Shown: piece after piece, positions 35,329 through 46,869 of the stretch
Layout: the number at the start of each line of letters is the position of its first letter
How positions within the stretch are numbered: position 1 is the stretch's first letter
Translations under genes and position numbers: made by a program
Assembly (NCBI RefSeq): GCF_001194135.2
Contig: NC_068985.1
Span: 125,019,731-125,066,599 of the forward strand
Length of the DNA: 46,869 nucleotides
DNA from: Octopus bimaculoides
Lineage: Eukaryota
Reading direction: 5' to 3'
Notes under the pieces: generated by a model
Told to the model about the DNA's origin: nothing
The model's database searches: none
Seen by the model: only the letters and a program-made list of their open reading frames with translations

Positions 35329-37402
35329 TCTAGATAGGTGGTGCTGCGAGCTGATTTAGGTGCATGTGCACCATTTGTCTACAACGAGAAATTTTCTCCA
35401 TGACAAAACACAGTGAATAGCTTGTTTACGAAGTTCGAATGTACCACCGGCATATTCGAACTGGTAATAACATTGCATGCATACACAACACTGCTTAGCG
35501 CTCCCACCTCGTAATTGATAATAAGTGAAAAAAAAAGAAGAAAAAAGAGATTATTCCTAAAGTATATAGTTAATACAGCAGAAAACGAAATGTGCATCAG
35601 ATTTTCTCTTAACAACAAAAAGATCTTCACTATAAAATTTAAATTACCTGAGCAAGACGTTATAGAGAAAAGCTTCGTACACTCCAGGTAAAGATCTTCC
35701 TTTAGAGAAGAACGAAGACTGTAAACGGTCGTGCATGCTTTACTTTCTTCTCTGAAGATAAACCTTTTGTCTGAATCGTTGAAAACTTTCCCTTACAACA
35801 GCAAAACGAATTTAGATATACTTTTACATCGATGAATACAATTTATTTTTCCGCAAAACAGCCTCTGACTATTTTTTCTTTTAAAGTCATAGCTACATAC
35901 ACANNNNNNNNNNNNNNNNNNNNNNNNNNNNNNNNNNNNNNNNNNNNNNNNNNNNNNNNNNNNNNNNNNNNNNNNNNNNNNNNNNNNNNNNNNNNNNNNN
36001 NNNNNNNNNNNNNNNNNNNNNNNNNNNNNNNNNNNNNNNNNNNNNNNNNNNNNNNNNNNNNNNNNNNNNNNNNNNNNNNNNNNNNNNNNNNNNNNNNNNN
36101 NNNNNNNNNNNNNNNNNNNNNNNNNNNNNNNNNNNNNNNNNNNNNNNNNNNNNNNNNNNNNNNNNNNNNNNNNNNNNNNNNNNNNNNNNNNNNNNNNNNN
36201 NNNNNNNNNNNNNNNNNNNNNNNNNNNNNNNNNNNNNNNNNNNNNNNNNNNNNNNNNNNNNNNNNNNNNNNNNNNNNNNNNNNNNNNNNNNNNNNNNNNN
36301 NNNNNNNNNNNNNNNNNNNNNNNNNNNNNNNNNNNNNNNNNNNNNNNNNNNNNNNNNNNNNNNNNNNNNNNNNNNNNNNNNNNNNNNNNNNNNNNNNNNN
36401 NNNNNNNNNNNNNNNNNNNNNNNNNNNNNNNNNNNNNNNNNNNNNNNNNNNNNNNNNNNNNNNNNNNNNNNNNNNNNNNNNNNNNNNNNNNNNNNNNNNN
36501 NNNNNNNNNNNNNNNNNNNNNNNNNNNNNNNNNNNNNNNNNNNNNNNNNNNNNNNNNNNNNNNNNNNNNNNNNNNNNNNNNNNNNNNNNNNNNNNNNNNN
36601 NNNNNNNNNNNNNNNNNNNNNNNNNNNNNNNNNNNNNNNNNNNNNNNNNNNNNNNNNNNNNNNNNNNNNNNNNNNNNNNNNNNNNNNNNNNNNNNNNNNN
36701 NNNNNNNNNNNNNNNNNNNNNNNNNNNNNNNNNNNNNNNNNNNNNNNNNNNNNNNNNNNNNNNNNNNNNNNNNNNNNNNNNNNNNNNNNNNNNNNNNNNN
36801 NNNNNNNNNNNNNNNNNNNNNNNNNNNNNNNNNNNNNNNNNNNNATATATCTGTACATACATACATACATATGAGGGATATACTTATTGATTATGACACA
36901 CACTGCATATATCCCATTTTTGTTATTGCTTTTTATTATGTCTAGATCTTATTGTTTATATATATTTCATGATACATGTTAATATATAGTCTAAACCTGA
37001 CGCATGTTCAGAAGAGTGCATATGTTTGACTATTCATATAATACATATATACATAAATACATACATACGTATGTATATGTATGTATATTTATATACAAAT
37101 ATGTTGGTATACAAATATACATACACACGCAAACGTATATAGGGATGTATCAATAGCTGTATATCAATATGTGCGCGCGTGTAAGAATAAATGTGGAGTG
37201 TCAAATTGACGCGGTGAGGTATGATTCATCAAACGGTGATTGATATCAATATACAGAATAATAGAGGGATATCGATTTCTGCCGCTCTCATTGTATGTAT
37301 GTATGTATGTATGTATGTATGTATGTATGTATGTATGTATGTATGCATGTGTGTATATGTGTGTGTATATGTGTATATGTATGTGNNNNNNNNNNATGTG
37401 TG

Positions 37403-37454
<52 letters not shown>

Positions 37455-37628
37455 TGTATGTATGCATGTATGTGCGCACACATACACACATCTGGATGAC
37501 AGGTACGGAAGGATGAATGAATAAAATAATGAAGCATTTCTCTTACTTTTAATGGACTTAGAAAATATAGAAATTTGTTGTAAATTGGAAATAATAATGA
37601 TGATAACGACGACGACGACGACGACGAC

Positions 37629-37720
<92 letters not shown>

Positions 37721-37727
37721 CGATGAC

Positions 37728-37760
<33 letters not shown>

Positions 37761-37764
37761 AGTA

Positions 37765-38230
37765 ATCCTTTCACCTATAGGGACAAGACCTGAAATGTTG
37801 TAGAGAGGGGTCTTGTCAATTATATTAACCCCAGGGCTCGACTGATGCTAATTTTATCGATTCCCAACGGATGAAAGGCAAAGTCGGAATTTGAACTCAG
37901 GACGTAAAGACGGACGAAATGCTAACGATTCTTTAGCAACAACAACAGCAACAACAAAATAAAATATTATTAACGGCTTTAAATTTTAGCACAAGGCCAG
38001 TAAGTTAGGGGATGGGGCTAAGTCGATTACATCGACCCTAGCGTTCGACAGGTACTTATTTTATCGATCATGGCAGAGTTTAATCGATATAGTCGATCAT
38101 GGCTGAATTTGAACTCAGAACATAAAGACGGATGAAATGTCGTTAGCACTTTGCTCATTCTGCAACTAATTGTTTCTTTTTTAAGCACAAGGCCATCAAG
38201 TTTAATGATAACGATTCTGCCAGCCCGCTG
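37765..38230 (-). mobile_element. Cluster of 2-3 SINE family A copies
   Basis: Repeated ACAAGGCC/ACAAGACC..CGACCC..GAATTTGAACTCAG.AC.TAAAGACGGA.GAAATG..GATTCT blocks at 37765-37937, 37975-38163 and 38170-38225. Confidence 0.8.
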
Positions 38231-38292
38231 TCGGTAACACCATCACCACCACCACTATCATTAATAACAACAACAACACCAAAAGCAACATT

Positions 38293-38336
<44 letters not shown>

Positions 38337-38745
38337 TAATAACAATAATAAAGAAAAAAACAAACAAGCAAAGTCTTATATACTAAAAGGATACTTGAAG
38401 AGTACTAGAAGAGTACTGGTGAACTTTTCAATAACTGTAATTGCAGTGTAGATCTTCGAACGAAATGTGATAAAAGCGAAACTGATCACTTGTGTGAACG
38501 TGAAGGCGTGTTTCTGTTATTTATAAGTGTATGTGTAAATGGTGTATCCTATATATACATAGTTACATGCATACATACACGAACAATCATATGTATACAT
38601 ATATACATATATGCATATGTGTATGTATGTATGTATGTATATATATATATATATTTGTATATGTATGTATGTGCGCATATATATATAATAATAATATAGC
38701 AAATATATATGCATATATACATACATATATATACATACATCTATA

Positions 38746-38776
<31 letters not shown>

Positions 38777-39120
38777 GTANNNNNNNNNNNNNNNNNNNNN
38801 NNNNNNNNNNNNNNNNNNNNNNNNNNNNNNNNNNNNNNNNNNNNNNNNNNNNNNNNNNNNNNNNNNNNNNNNNNNNNNNNNNNNNNNNNNNNNNNNNNNN
38901 NNNNNNNNNNNNNNNNNNNNNNNNNNNNNNNNNNNNNNNNNNNNNNNNNNNNNNNNNNNNNNNNNNNNNNNNNNNNNNNNNNNNNNNNNNNNNNNNNNNN
39001 NNNNNNNNNNNNNNNNNNNNNNGTTTCTGTTATTTATAAGTGTATGTGTAAATGGTGTATCCTATATATACATAGTTACATGCATACATACACGAACAAT
39101 CATATGTATACATATATACA

Positions 39121-39748
39121 TATATGGTACAGGACATCACAAAACGAGAAGAACATGAAATACGAAAACAACGTGGAATACGAAGACAAACTTGGGTATG
39201 CGAACAACGTGAGAAACAAATGGAAAACAATACAAGTAATATAAAGAACGACCCTTTAGTTGTCGGCTGTCCATCTACTCCTCATTTCGAGCAATTAACG
39301 ACAATATGAGGCTTCGAAAGGCAGTTGCTTCCGAAAACCAAAATGAAATTTGAGATTTGCGGAGGGTCAAAGTTGGTAACAAAAACAGGACATTGGAGAC
39401 ATACAACAAGCAAAATGAAAGCAAACTTGGAAAGCCGTCAGGCCAGACGAGGTAAGGTAACGAACGCTGGAGGAATATTGTCTTTGACAAGAGAAAGGAT
39501 AGAAGAGGAGACAGTTAAGAATGCATCTGGTTTGTAAGACAGACTGAAAGACAAGAAAGATGCTCACGTGAGGAAAAGAAAGATGGACGATGGTCACGTG
39601 TGAGCAATAAGAGAGAGTAAAGGAGAAAGAGGAAGAGAGAGAGAAAGAAAGACAGATAGAAAACGGTGAAGGGGCATATTTCGCATTTAATGTTGTGGTA
39701 TATATCATGTTTACGTTTTGTGACGTCCTGTACACATATATGCATATA
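39121..39748. mobile_element. Family X element with inverted termini (MITE-like)
   Basis: The left end TATATGGTACAGGACATCACAAAACG and the right end CGTTTTGTGACGTCCTGTACACATATA are reverse complements. The interior matches 970-1275 and 9316-9350. Confidence 0.7.
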
Positions 39749-39804
39749 TATATATATATATGTATATGTGTGCATGTNNNNNNNNNNACATCCATTTCCA
39801 AGTA

Positions 39805-39838
<34 letters not shown>

Positions 39839-40282
39839 TGTGTGTGTGTGTGTGCCGAGAAATAAGGAGAGAGATTAAAAGAATGTATGGGGGAATACAT
39901 ACGAGTGTATTTATGTATTTATGCTTGCGTGTGTTATTCTCATTCTCCTCTTCTTGTGTGACTGTTGCGTGCTGTATGTGTATTTGTAAACATTTTTGTG
40001 TGAAACGTTGTTTTCTGGATATTGTGTTAAGACAATGGATTGTTGGTTTCGACGATTTAGTTTCTTATCTCCTTATCTTGTCAAACCCTCCAAATTTGTC
40101 TCAAGAGGTAGTTGAAGGTGTATAACGATCGCTTTCAACACCAGTTCAAGTGGTAATATATAATTACACGGACAAATTTTCATTATCATTCTACGCCTTG
40201 CTGATATTCTTTTACCAAATTACCCTGTCGTGTTCTCAAGATATTTTTCAGTGTTTTAACGTTGTTATTGGCATTTCTTTTA

Positions 40283-40319
<37 letters not shown>

Positions 40320-40819
40320 CTTTTTCTTTATTACTTTCTTTATCTTCCAGTTTTCCTTTTGCTGTTTATTACTCGAGAGAAGTTTATCATTTTCGTTTTT
40401 TTTCTTTTTTTGCCATTTATCTTCTCGACAAAGAAGATAAAGAAGTCACTAATTTGTTAATTTCACTTCTGTTGCTTATTAATTCTATATGTAACATAAG
40501 TACTTGGGAATATTTATGATTCATAATATAGACACAAGTCCACAGACATTAATAGAGGGGTTTTAGCTGATTATAACTCCTACCAGTCATTATTTTATGT
40601 AGAAATTATTTTATCGACCCTTAACACAATATTTGATCGCACAACTATTTTAAGCATATCACTAAATATTACACCGTGTTTTGTCCTGTTAGTTTTTTGA
40701 ATAACAAATCAATTAAATAAAGTTCACTTGTATTTGGACGGCAATTTTACAAACACCGGAAGGAAGGCATGCAAAGTCAATCATTGTAGGACACTCACTA
40801 TGAATTTTAAATTTCCACC

Positions 40820-41290
40820 CATTCATCCATCCATCATCTCTACCCACTATTCCTGGCAGGGTTGTGGAGGGTTGAGTCCTCAGGCATCTCCTCCATAGGG
40901 GTTTATTAGAAGCAACCGTCATTACGCTTTCCGGCTGAAATCCCCAAGCGTGACCAATTGAAATTATGGATATTATCCAACCACCTCATTCCTGGTTTAC
41001 CCCTATGTCCCGTGATGATTGGCCCGCTTTGAAGAATCCGTCTTGTGATCCTTTTCTGCGACATTCTAATCACGTGTCCGTAGTTTCGGTATCGTAATCC
41101 CCCCCCCCACACACACACACAACAACACTAATGCGAAGAGGTACCGGTTCGATCTGGAGAGACTCCTCGAACTCCGAGCTACGCACCCGGTCGCGTAACA
41201 TTATTCCAGAGATCCTTCCGAGGAATCCCATTTTGGCTGCTGGTAGTCGCAATCGTTGTCTTTCAATTTCAACTTCAAATTTAAACACAA
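40820..41290 (-). mobile_element. RTE-clade LINE 3' end with (GGAT)n-like tail
   Basis: RLPAAKMGFLGRISGIMLRDRVRSSE..IEPVPLRI..YGHVIRM..RRIL..RGKPGMRWLDNI..WSRLGI, interrupted by a small C/CA insert. Confidence 0.85.
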
Positions 41291-41291
41291 C

Positions 41292-41322
<31 letters not shown>

Positions 41323-41891
41323 CATACATACATACATACACAATCAACATTTGACGTGCAGGTACAAAGGGCCGTTTAAAATGTTTTTTTGAATGTTTTC
41401 TTCCACTTTTACGCTGACTCCTCCAGCCGGAATCAGTAACTGGTTTATTTCTTGTGTGTTAAGTAAGAGAAACATCTTTTATTTACCAACGAAGAGTTAT
41501 TCAAACCCGATCACAAAATACATCTTACACCACATAGAATCTCGCTGGTACAATCATGACTGGTACTGCTAACAACACGAACAACAAAAGCAACAAAAGC
41601 AGTACTCCGACATATGTAATTTATTTAAGACGTCAGATGTACTCTATTCACTTTCCTTGGCTTTCACATTTAAATCAAGATCTAATTTGTTGCAATAAAA
41701 AATGCATTTGATGACCCTTCTATTGGCTGCATGAAGTGACTCAAAAAGTACTAGGACGAAGCCCACCCACACTTGAAAATATTTTACAGCGAAACAGATT
41801 CGGAATAGATTGTATATTTGTTAGAAACCAGCTCGTTCCTTACAGGATGACTTCAAATCATAACAGCAGAAGAGAACAAAATATACACGCG

Positions 41892-41926
<35 letters not shown>

Positions 41927-42409
41927 TCTCTCTCACACACATACACATATGATAGTTCAGCTATCAATTGTTGATGGTTTAGCAGCTGCAATGTAAATAA
42001 TAAACAGATGCTAAGCCAGAGCAATTGTTTTTCAGGTTAGGAAGACGCACCCACTCATTCATAGTATGTGTCCAATTCATAAAACGCCATATTTGTTCGC
42101 TCTAGATTTTGAATTCTCGTTCGCCATGATTGAATGTTACCACCTGCATAAGTTTTGCTGTTGCCAGTTTCGAATCTCTGAAGATGAAGGTTACTTATTT
42201 TTTCCATGCTTCATTGGAATAAAATGCCACCATGCCACTACACATACAAATGTTATTGAATGACCGTTGGCTCCTCTAAGTTCATCGACATTTTGACATA
42301 TCCTATCTTTCAACCCTCTTCCTGGTGCAGAGAACATCCAAAATAAACCTCTTAATCAAGGAGGTTAGTAAGATTGCCGGTTTAATGGCAGACGATCCGA
42401 CTAGGGAAC

Positions 42410-42441
42410 AATTAGTATTGAGTTATAACTCAATACTAATT
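42410..42441. repeat. 32-bp perfect palindrome
   Basis: AATTAGTATTGAGTTA|TAACTCAATACTAATT. Confidence 0.95.
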
Positions 42442-42619
42442 TATACTAGAAGCGCTCTCAAGTGACTTGTCTTATATAAATATTTTAAAAGTAGATAGAC
42501 ATCCACCGTTATACCGTTTTATTGATGCGGATACTATCTGGTGCTTCAAGCTTGTTAATGTATTATTATTTTTCATTCAAATTACAGAAAACCAAATATT
42601 TATACCAACAAACCATGTG

Positions 42620-42995
42620 CAAAATTAGAAGCAAACGAGTTGTCTAATTTTCAAAGAGGATGTATTGTGGGTCAATCTGGGGGTTGAATTAGTCACGATA
42701 AAGTTACCTTACGATTCCTCTTGTTACGATTAACAGAGAGATTGAACAATTCACCTGGAAAGAAAAGGAACCAACAGTATCCCGCTCGGGTCGACCTGGA
42801 GTCTCTGAAAAGTTTCTTCGAACTCTCAAGCGGATTGTTGAAAATAATTCCCATTCTAAGACAGGTGACGTTGCAGAGAAACTCAAAATGAATCGAACTA
42901 CTTTTGTGACGTTATCTCCATCAACGTGGCTACTACAGCAGAGCAGCTGGAAGAAAGCCTAATCTTCGACTAGCAAATTTCCAAAGGAAGGATAA
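42620..42995 (+). mobile_element. Tc1-like transposase N-terminal remnant
   Basis: ELSNFQRGCIVG, RSGRP, RTLKRIVENN and LHQRGYYSRAAGRKPNL..N..R across frameshifts (paired-like HTH and NLS region). Confidence 0.75.
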
Positions 42996-43468
42996 ATAAC
43001 CTTTCAAAAATGATAGTGTTCGTTCACTTTTGAGAAGCTCGTGTATATGTATTTATAAATGTATGTATATGTGTGTGTACGAATGGGCGATTGTATATAT
43101 AGTAGGACGTAATTAAATATCACATAGCATTTAGCTTAACCCTGTACAATGCCTGCCATTTAGCTTTTCCAGATGTAACAAAAAGTTCCAGACGAGACAA
43201 AAACCAAAACTGTCTCCTCAATAAAAGAAAACATTAACTAATTATCAATAAAAAAAAAAGTTATATTCACAACCGGAAATACAATCAGTTCGGAAATGAA
43301 ATATATTCTAAAACCCTACAACCGTTAAAAATGTCGCAAAAGCACGAAATTGTAGAAAAACACAAGATGTACATATTGCCAGTTTAGCCAATAATATCAC
43401 ACGCACTGTATATTTGGTGTTAATTTGCTTCAGCTTTATATTACATTACATTACATTAATCCTATTTC

Positions 43469-43513
43469 GGCCAGAGTTCTTTCGTCACACTTCTGTGACC
43501 TCATCAGTGGTCC
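43469..43513 (-). ncRNA. Type I minimal hammerhead ribozyme, intact catalytic core
   Basis: Reverse complement: GGACCA-CTGATGA-G-GTCACA GAAG TGTGAC-GAAA-G AA C-TC-TGGCC: 6-bp stem II, minimal stem III, CUC site, stem I 3+2 bp. Confidence 0.75.
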
Positions 43514-43733
43514 TTTGCTTTCTTCTTTCTTATGTGTGTCCCACCTTCCTAATTATCAGCCATTTTGTATTTTGTATTCCTATTGCATGTGTCTACGCAT
43601 GCGTATCCCTCAATGTGTGTCTATGTTTTGTTAATGCATGTGTGTGTATGGGGAGTGCCTGTATTATCTATATCCTCTGTTAATACATGTTCGTTTATTT
43701 ATTTATTTATTTATTTATTTGTGTGTGTGTGTG

Positions 43734-43797
<64 letters not shown>

Positions 43798-44395
43798 CAC
43801 ATACACGCGCGCATGTATATATTCTCAAGTTCAACTGTATTATTTAAGAAAACAAAAATCCGTTCTTTTCTTTGAATTTTTGTTTGTTTGGTTCTGATAA
43901 ACCATTTCCTTTCATAGATTACGAGCGGCGTTGAAGTCCCAATTGTAGATATAGCATAACGTTGGGTGGCACTGGTTGATGCGATGATGGTACTCTTACT
44001 AATGGTTGCGGTGGAGTTGAATTTATCTCTCTTCAGTGGTCCACTCTCAAGTATGTGTAAACTGAAACTCATGAACTATACCATCGAATCCATCGTATAT
44101 TTTATGGTCTCATTTGTTTACAGCAGGGTTATCTGTAGAACGTCGTTGTGTAGATAACTGAATGTAACATAAAATGTTATATACGTCACATACATGCAAA
44201 CTAACATGCATATATACATACATACATACACACATACATACGTACGTACGTACGTACATAGAAACAAATATTACATACATAAATATACATACATACATAC
44301 AAATATTACATACATACAAATATTTAATGCATACATACAGGCAGATAGACAGACAGACAGACAGACATATACATGCACATACACATACACGCACA

Positions 44396-44600
44396 GGCGT
44401 GGCTGTGTGGTAAGAAGCTTGCTTCTGAACCACATGGTTCCGGGTTCAGTCCAACTGCGTGGCACCTTGGGCAAGTATCTTCAATAGCTTCGGACCTACC
44501 AAAGCCTTGTGAGTAGATTTGGTAGACGGAAGCTGGAAGAAGCCCATCGTGTGTGTGTGTGTGGGGGGGGGGGCATGTGTTTGTCCCACCATCATCGCTT
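44396..44600 (+). mobile_element. SINE family B, 5' part (tRNA head + CORE-like)
   Basis: GGCGTGGCTGTGTGGTAAG (box A), GGGTTCAGTCC (box B-like) and CACCTTGGGCAAGT (CORE-like). Confidence 0.85.
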
Positions 44601-45084
44601 GTGGGACAAACAAATTTTAGTTTTCCCGGTTATGTTCGTACTGAGTGGAGAACATGGTAATACATGCTGACCACGAAATCATTAATGGTATACAACTAAA
44701 CGTGTTTTTATTGAAGGAATTTCTCCTAGTTTTTATTCCCTCATGTCGGCGCGTTTGTATACTTGTTGAAGATGTTTGACTTTAGAGTCTCATTAAAGTG
44801 TGTGGCTTTTACGCACAGTAATAGCCCTTGATATTATAACGTATTTTATATATAAAGGAAAAAATTATATACCTTGTTATAATTTTTTCCTTAATTGGTT
44901 TACACGCTGGCTACTCAATAAAAATCTTATATACACTTTATCCTTATATTTTATTTTTAAACATATATATATATGTGCATACATACCAACATACACATTT
45001 CTCTCCCATCCTCCCTCTCTCTCCTTATCTCTCTCTCTTTATCCCTCTTTCCCCCTCTGTCTTTCTGTCTGTCTGTCTGTCTGT

Positions 45085-45163
45085 CTCAAGAACGACCTTG
45101 GAATCGAAACCACAATCTTACGATGATGAGTGCAACACCCTAACCATTAAGCCACACGCCTCC
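45085..45163 (-). mobile_element. Isolated tRNA-like SINE head (family C-like)
   Basis: The reverse complement GGCGTGTGGCTTAATGGTTAGGG..TCGTAAGATTGTGGTTTCGATTCC parallels the head at 16380-16445. Confidence 0.7.
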
Positions 45164-45429
45164 ACAAAATACACACACACACACACACACGTATTTACAG
45201 GTTATGATGATTGTCGTTACAGCAGTGGTGGTGGTGGTGTAAGTAGTGTTGATGCTTGTAACATGATGGTGATGATGATGGTGATAATGACAACAATGGT
45301 TGTTACGATGCGGTGGTAGTGATGAGGGTGGCCATGGTGGGAGGGTATGTTGATGATTTTCGTGGAATTTGCAAGCGTGGGCTGGTTGTTATTTGATTTG
45401 TTACTTAATATTACTCGAAATGGTACAAC

Positions 45430-45463
<34 letters not shown>

Positions 45464-46766
45464 TTATATATATATATATATATATATATNNNNNNNNNNN
45501 NNNNNNNNNNNNNNNNNNNNNNNNNNNNNNNNNNNNNNNNNNNNNNNNNNNNNNNNNNNNNNNNNNNNNNNNNNNNNNNNNNNNNNNNNNNNNNNNNNNN
45601 NNNNNNNNNNNNNNNNNNNNNNNNNNNNNNNNNNNNNNNNNNNNNNNNNNNNNNNNNNNNNNNNNNNNNNNNNNNNNNNNNNNNNNNNNNNNNNNNNNNN
45701 NNNNNNNNNNNNNNNNNNNNNNNNNNNNNNNNNNNNNNNNNNNNNNNNNNNNNNNNNNNNNNNNNNNNNNNNNNNNNNNNNNNNNNNNNNNNNNNNNNNN
45801 NNNNNNNNNNNNNNNNNNNNNNNNNNNNNNNNNNNNNNNNNNNNNNNNNNNNNNNNNNNNNNNNNNNNNNNNNNNNNNNNNNNNNNNNNNNNNNNNNNNN
45901 NNNNNNNNNNNNNNNNNNNNNNNNNNNNNNNNNNNNNNNNNNNNNNNNNNNNNNNNNNNNNNNNNNNNNNNNNNNNNNNNNNNNNNNNNNNNNNNNNNNN
46001 NNNNNNNNNNNNNNNNNNNNNNNNNNNNNNNNNNNNNNNNNNNNNNNNNNNNNNNNNNNNNNNNNNNNNNNNNNNNNNNNNNNNNNNNNNNNNNNNNNNN
46101 NNNNNNNNNNNNNNNNNNNNNNNNNNNNNNNNNNNNNNNNNNNNNNNNNNNNNNNNNNNNNNNGGTGGTGGTGGTGGTGGTGGTGGTAGAAGTGTGAGTA
46201 GTGGTAGGGGTGGTGATGATAATAACAATAATGACGGGAGCGGTGTTGGTGTTGGTGATGGTGATAATATTGACGGTGGTGGTGGTGATTATCATGATGA
46301 TGATGATGAAGACGACCGTGTATGTGACATTTCACCATTCATGCCAGCCCCTGGTCCCTATGTCGCCAGTGTTGTCAACAGTTATATATTTATCTAATCT
46401 GACACCGCATCAACTCTTACCGGTCGCACACTCAACCCCCACACACTCCCATCAAACCGCAAACATTACTTTTTATTGTGACTATAACTAACAAGTACCC
46501 ATTCACACTTAACCACCATACACACACACACTTGTCATCATAAAGGACACACACACACACACACGCAATCACATACAGGCTGGCGCACTATTAGATGTAT
46601 GTGTTTGCAAATTTATATAAATTCATTAGCAAAGCTGCTGATAACCTGTTGTTCGGTGATACGTAACCCGGAGGCTTCGGCTTAGCGTAGCGTGTGTCGA
46701 GGGCAGGATGTCAACTTGATGAAACTCATCTTTCTCGCTCTCTCTTTCTTTCTTTCTCTCTCTCTT

Positions 46767-46809
<43 letters not shown>

Positions 46810-46869
46810 GGGTGTGTGTGTGTGTGTGTGTCTACATACATACATACATACATACATACGTACACACAC

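Noticed and set aside
35360-35510. Possible GIY-YIG remnant (SSVVY..C..YI) beside the 35.3-kb HHR
   Set aside because: It requires several frameshifts and lies opposite in orientation to the HHR.
44013-44042. Minus-strand GGACCA-CTGAAGA-GAG..CTC, resembling the 43.5-kb HHR start
   Set aside because: No GAAA or cleavage triplet follows, so it is at most a truncated half.

Overview
Eukaryotic, repeat-dominated genomic scaffold. It has about 18 N-gaps (roughly 7 kb in total) and very dense microsatellites (TA, CA, GA, TATG, GATA, AAT, GAT, GGT). The SINE families and microsatellite load resemble an octopod cephalopod genome; this is an inference from pattern recognition, not a database result. 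No complete host gene is visible, and at most one or two isolated candidate exons. Recognisable mobile DNA: a mariner remnant, a Tc1 remnant, a hAT-like MITE, a young CR1/L2-group LINE, a Hero-clade LINE, four R4/Dong-like LINE pieces ending in or abutting AAT microsatellite, an RTE LINE 3' end, an ORF1-only zinc-knuckle element and many tRNA-derived SINE copies. The strongest unexplained signal is non-coding: seven type I hammerhead-ribozyme (HHR)-like motifs. Three have intact catalytic cores (27051-27100 +, 35281-35328 +, 43469-43513 -) and four are decayed. They sit in short, mutually different, ORF-less repeats, often inside inverted repeats or at hairpin tips, with no Penelope ORF in the window. 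Several long foldback or palindromic structures and two unidentified decayed ORFs also occur. All alignments and folds were done by eye, and element boundaries are approximate.
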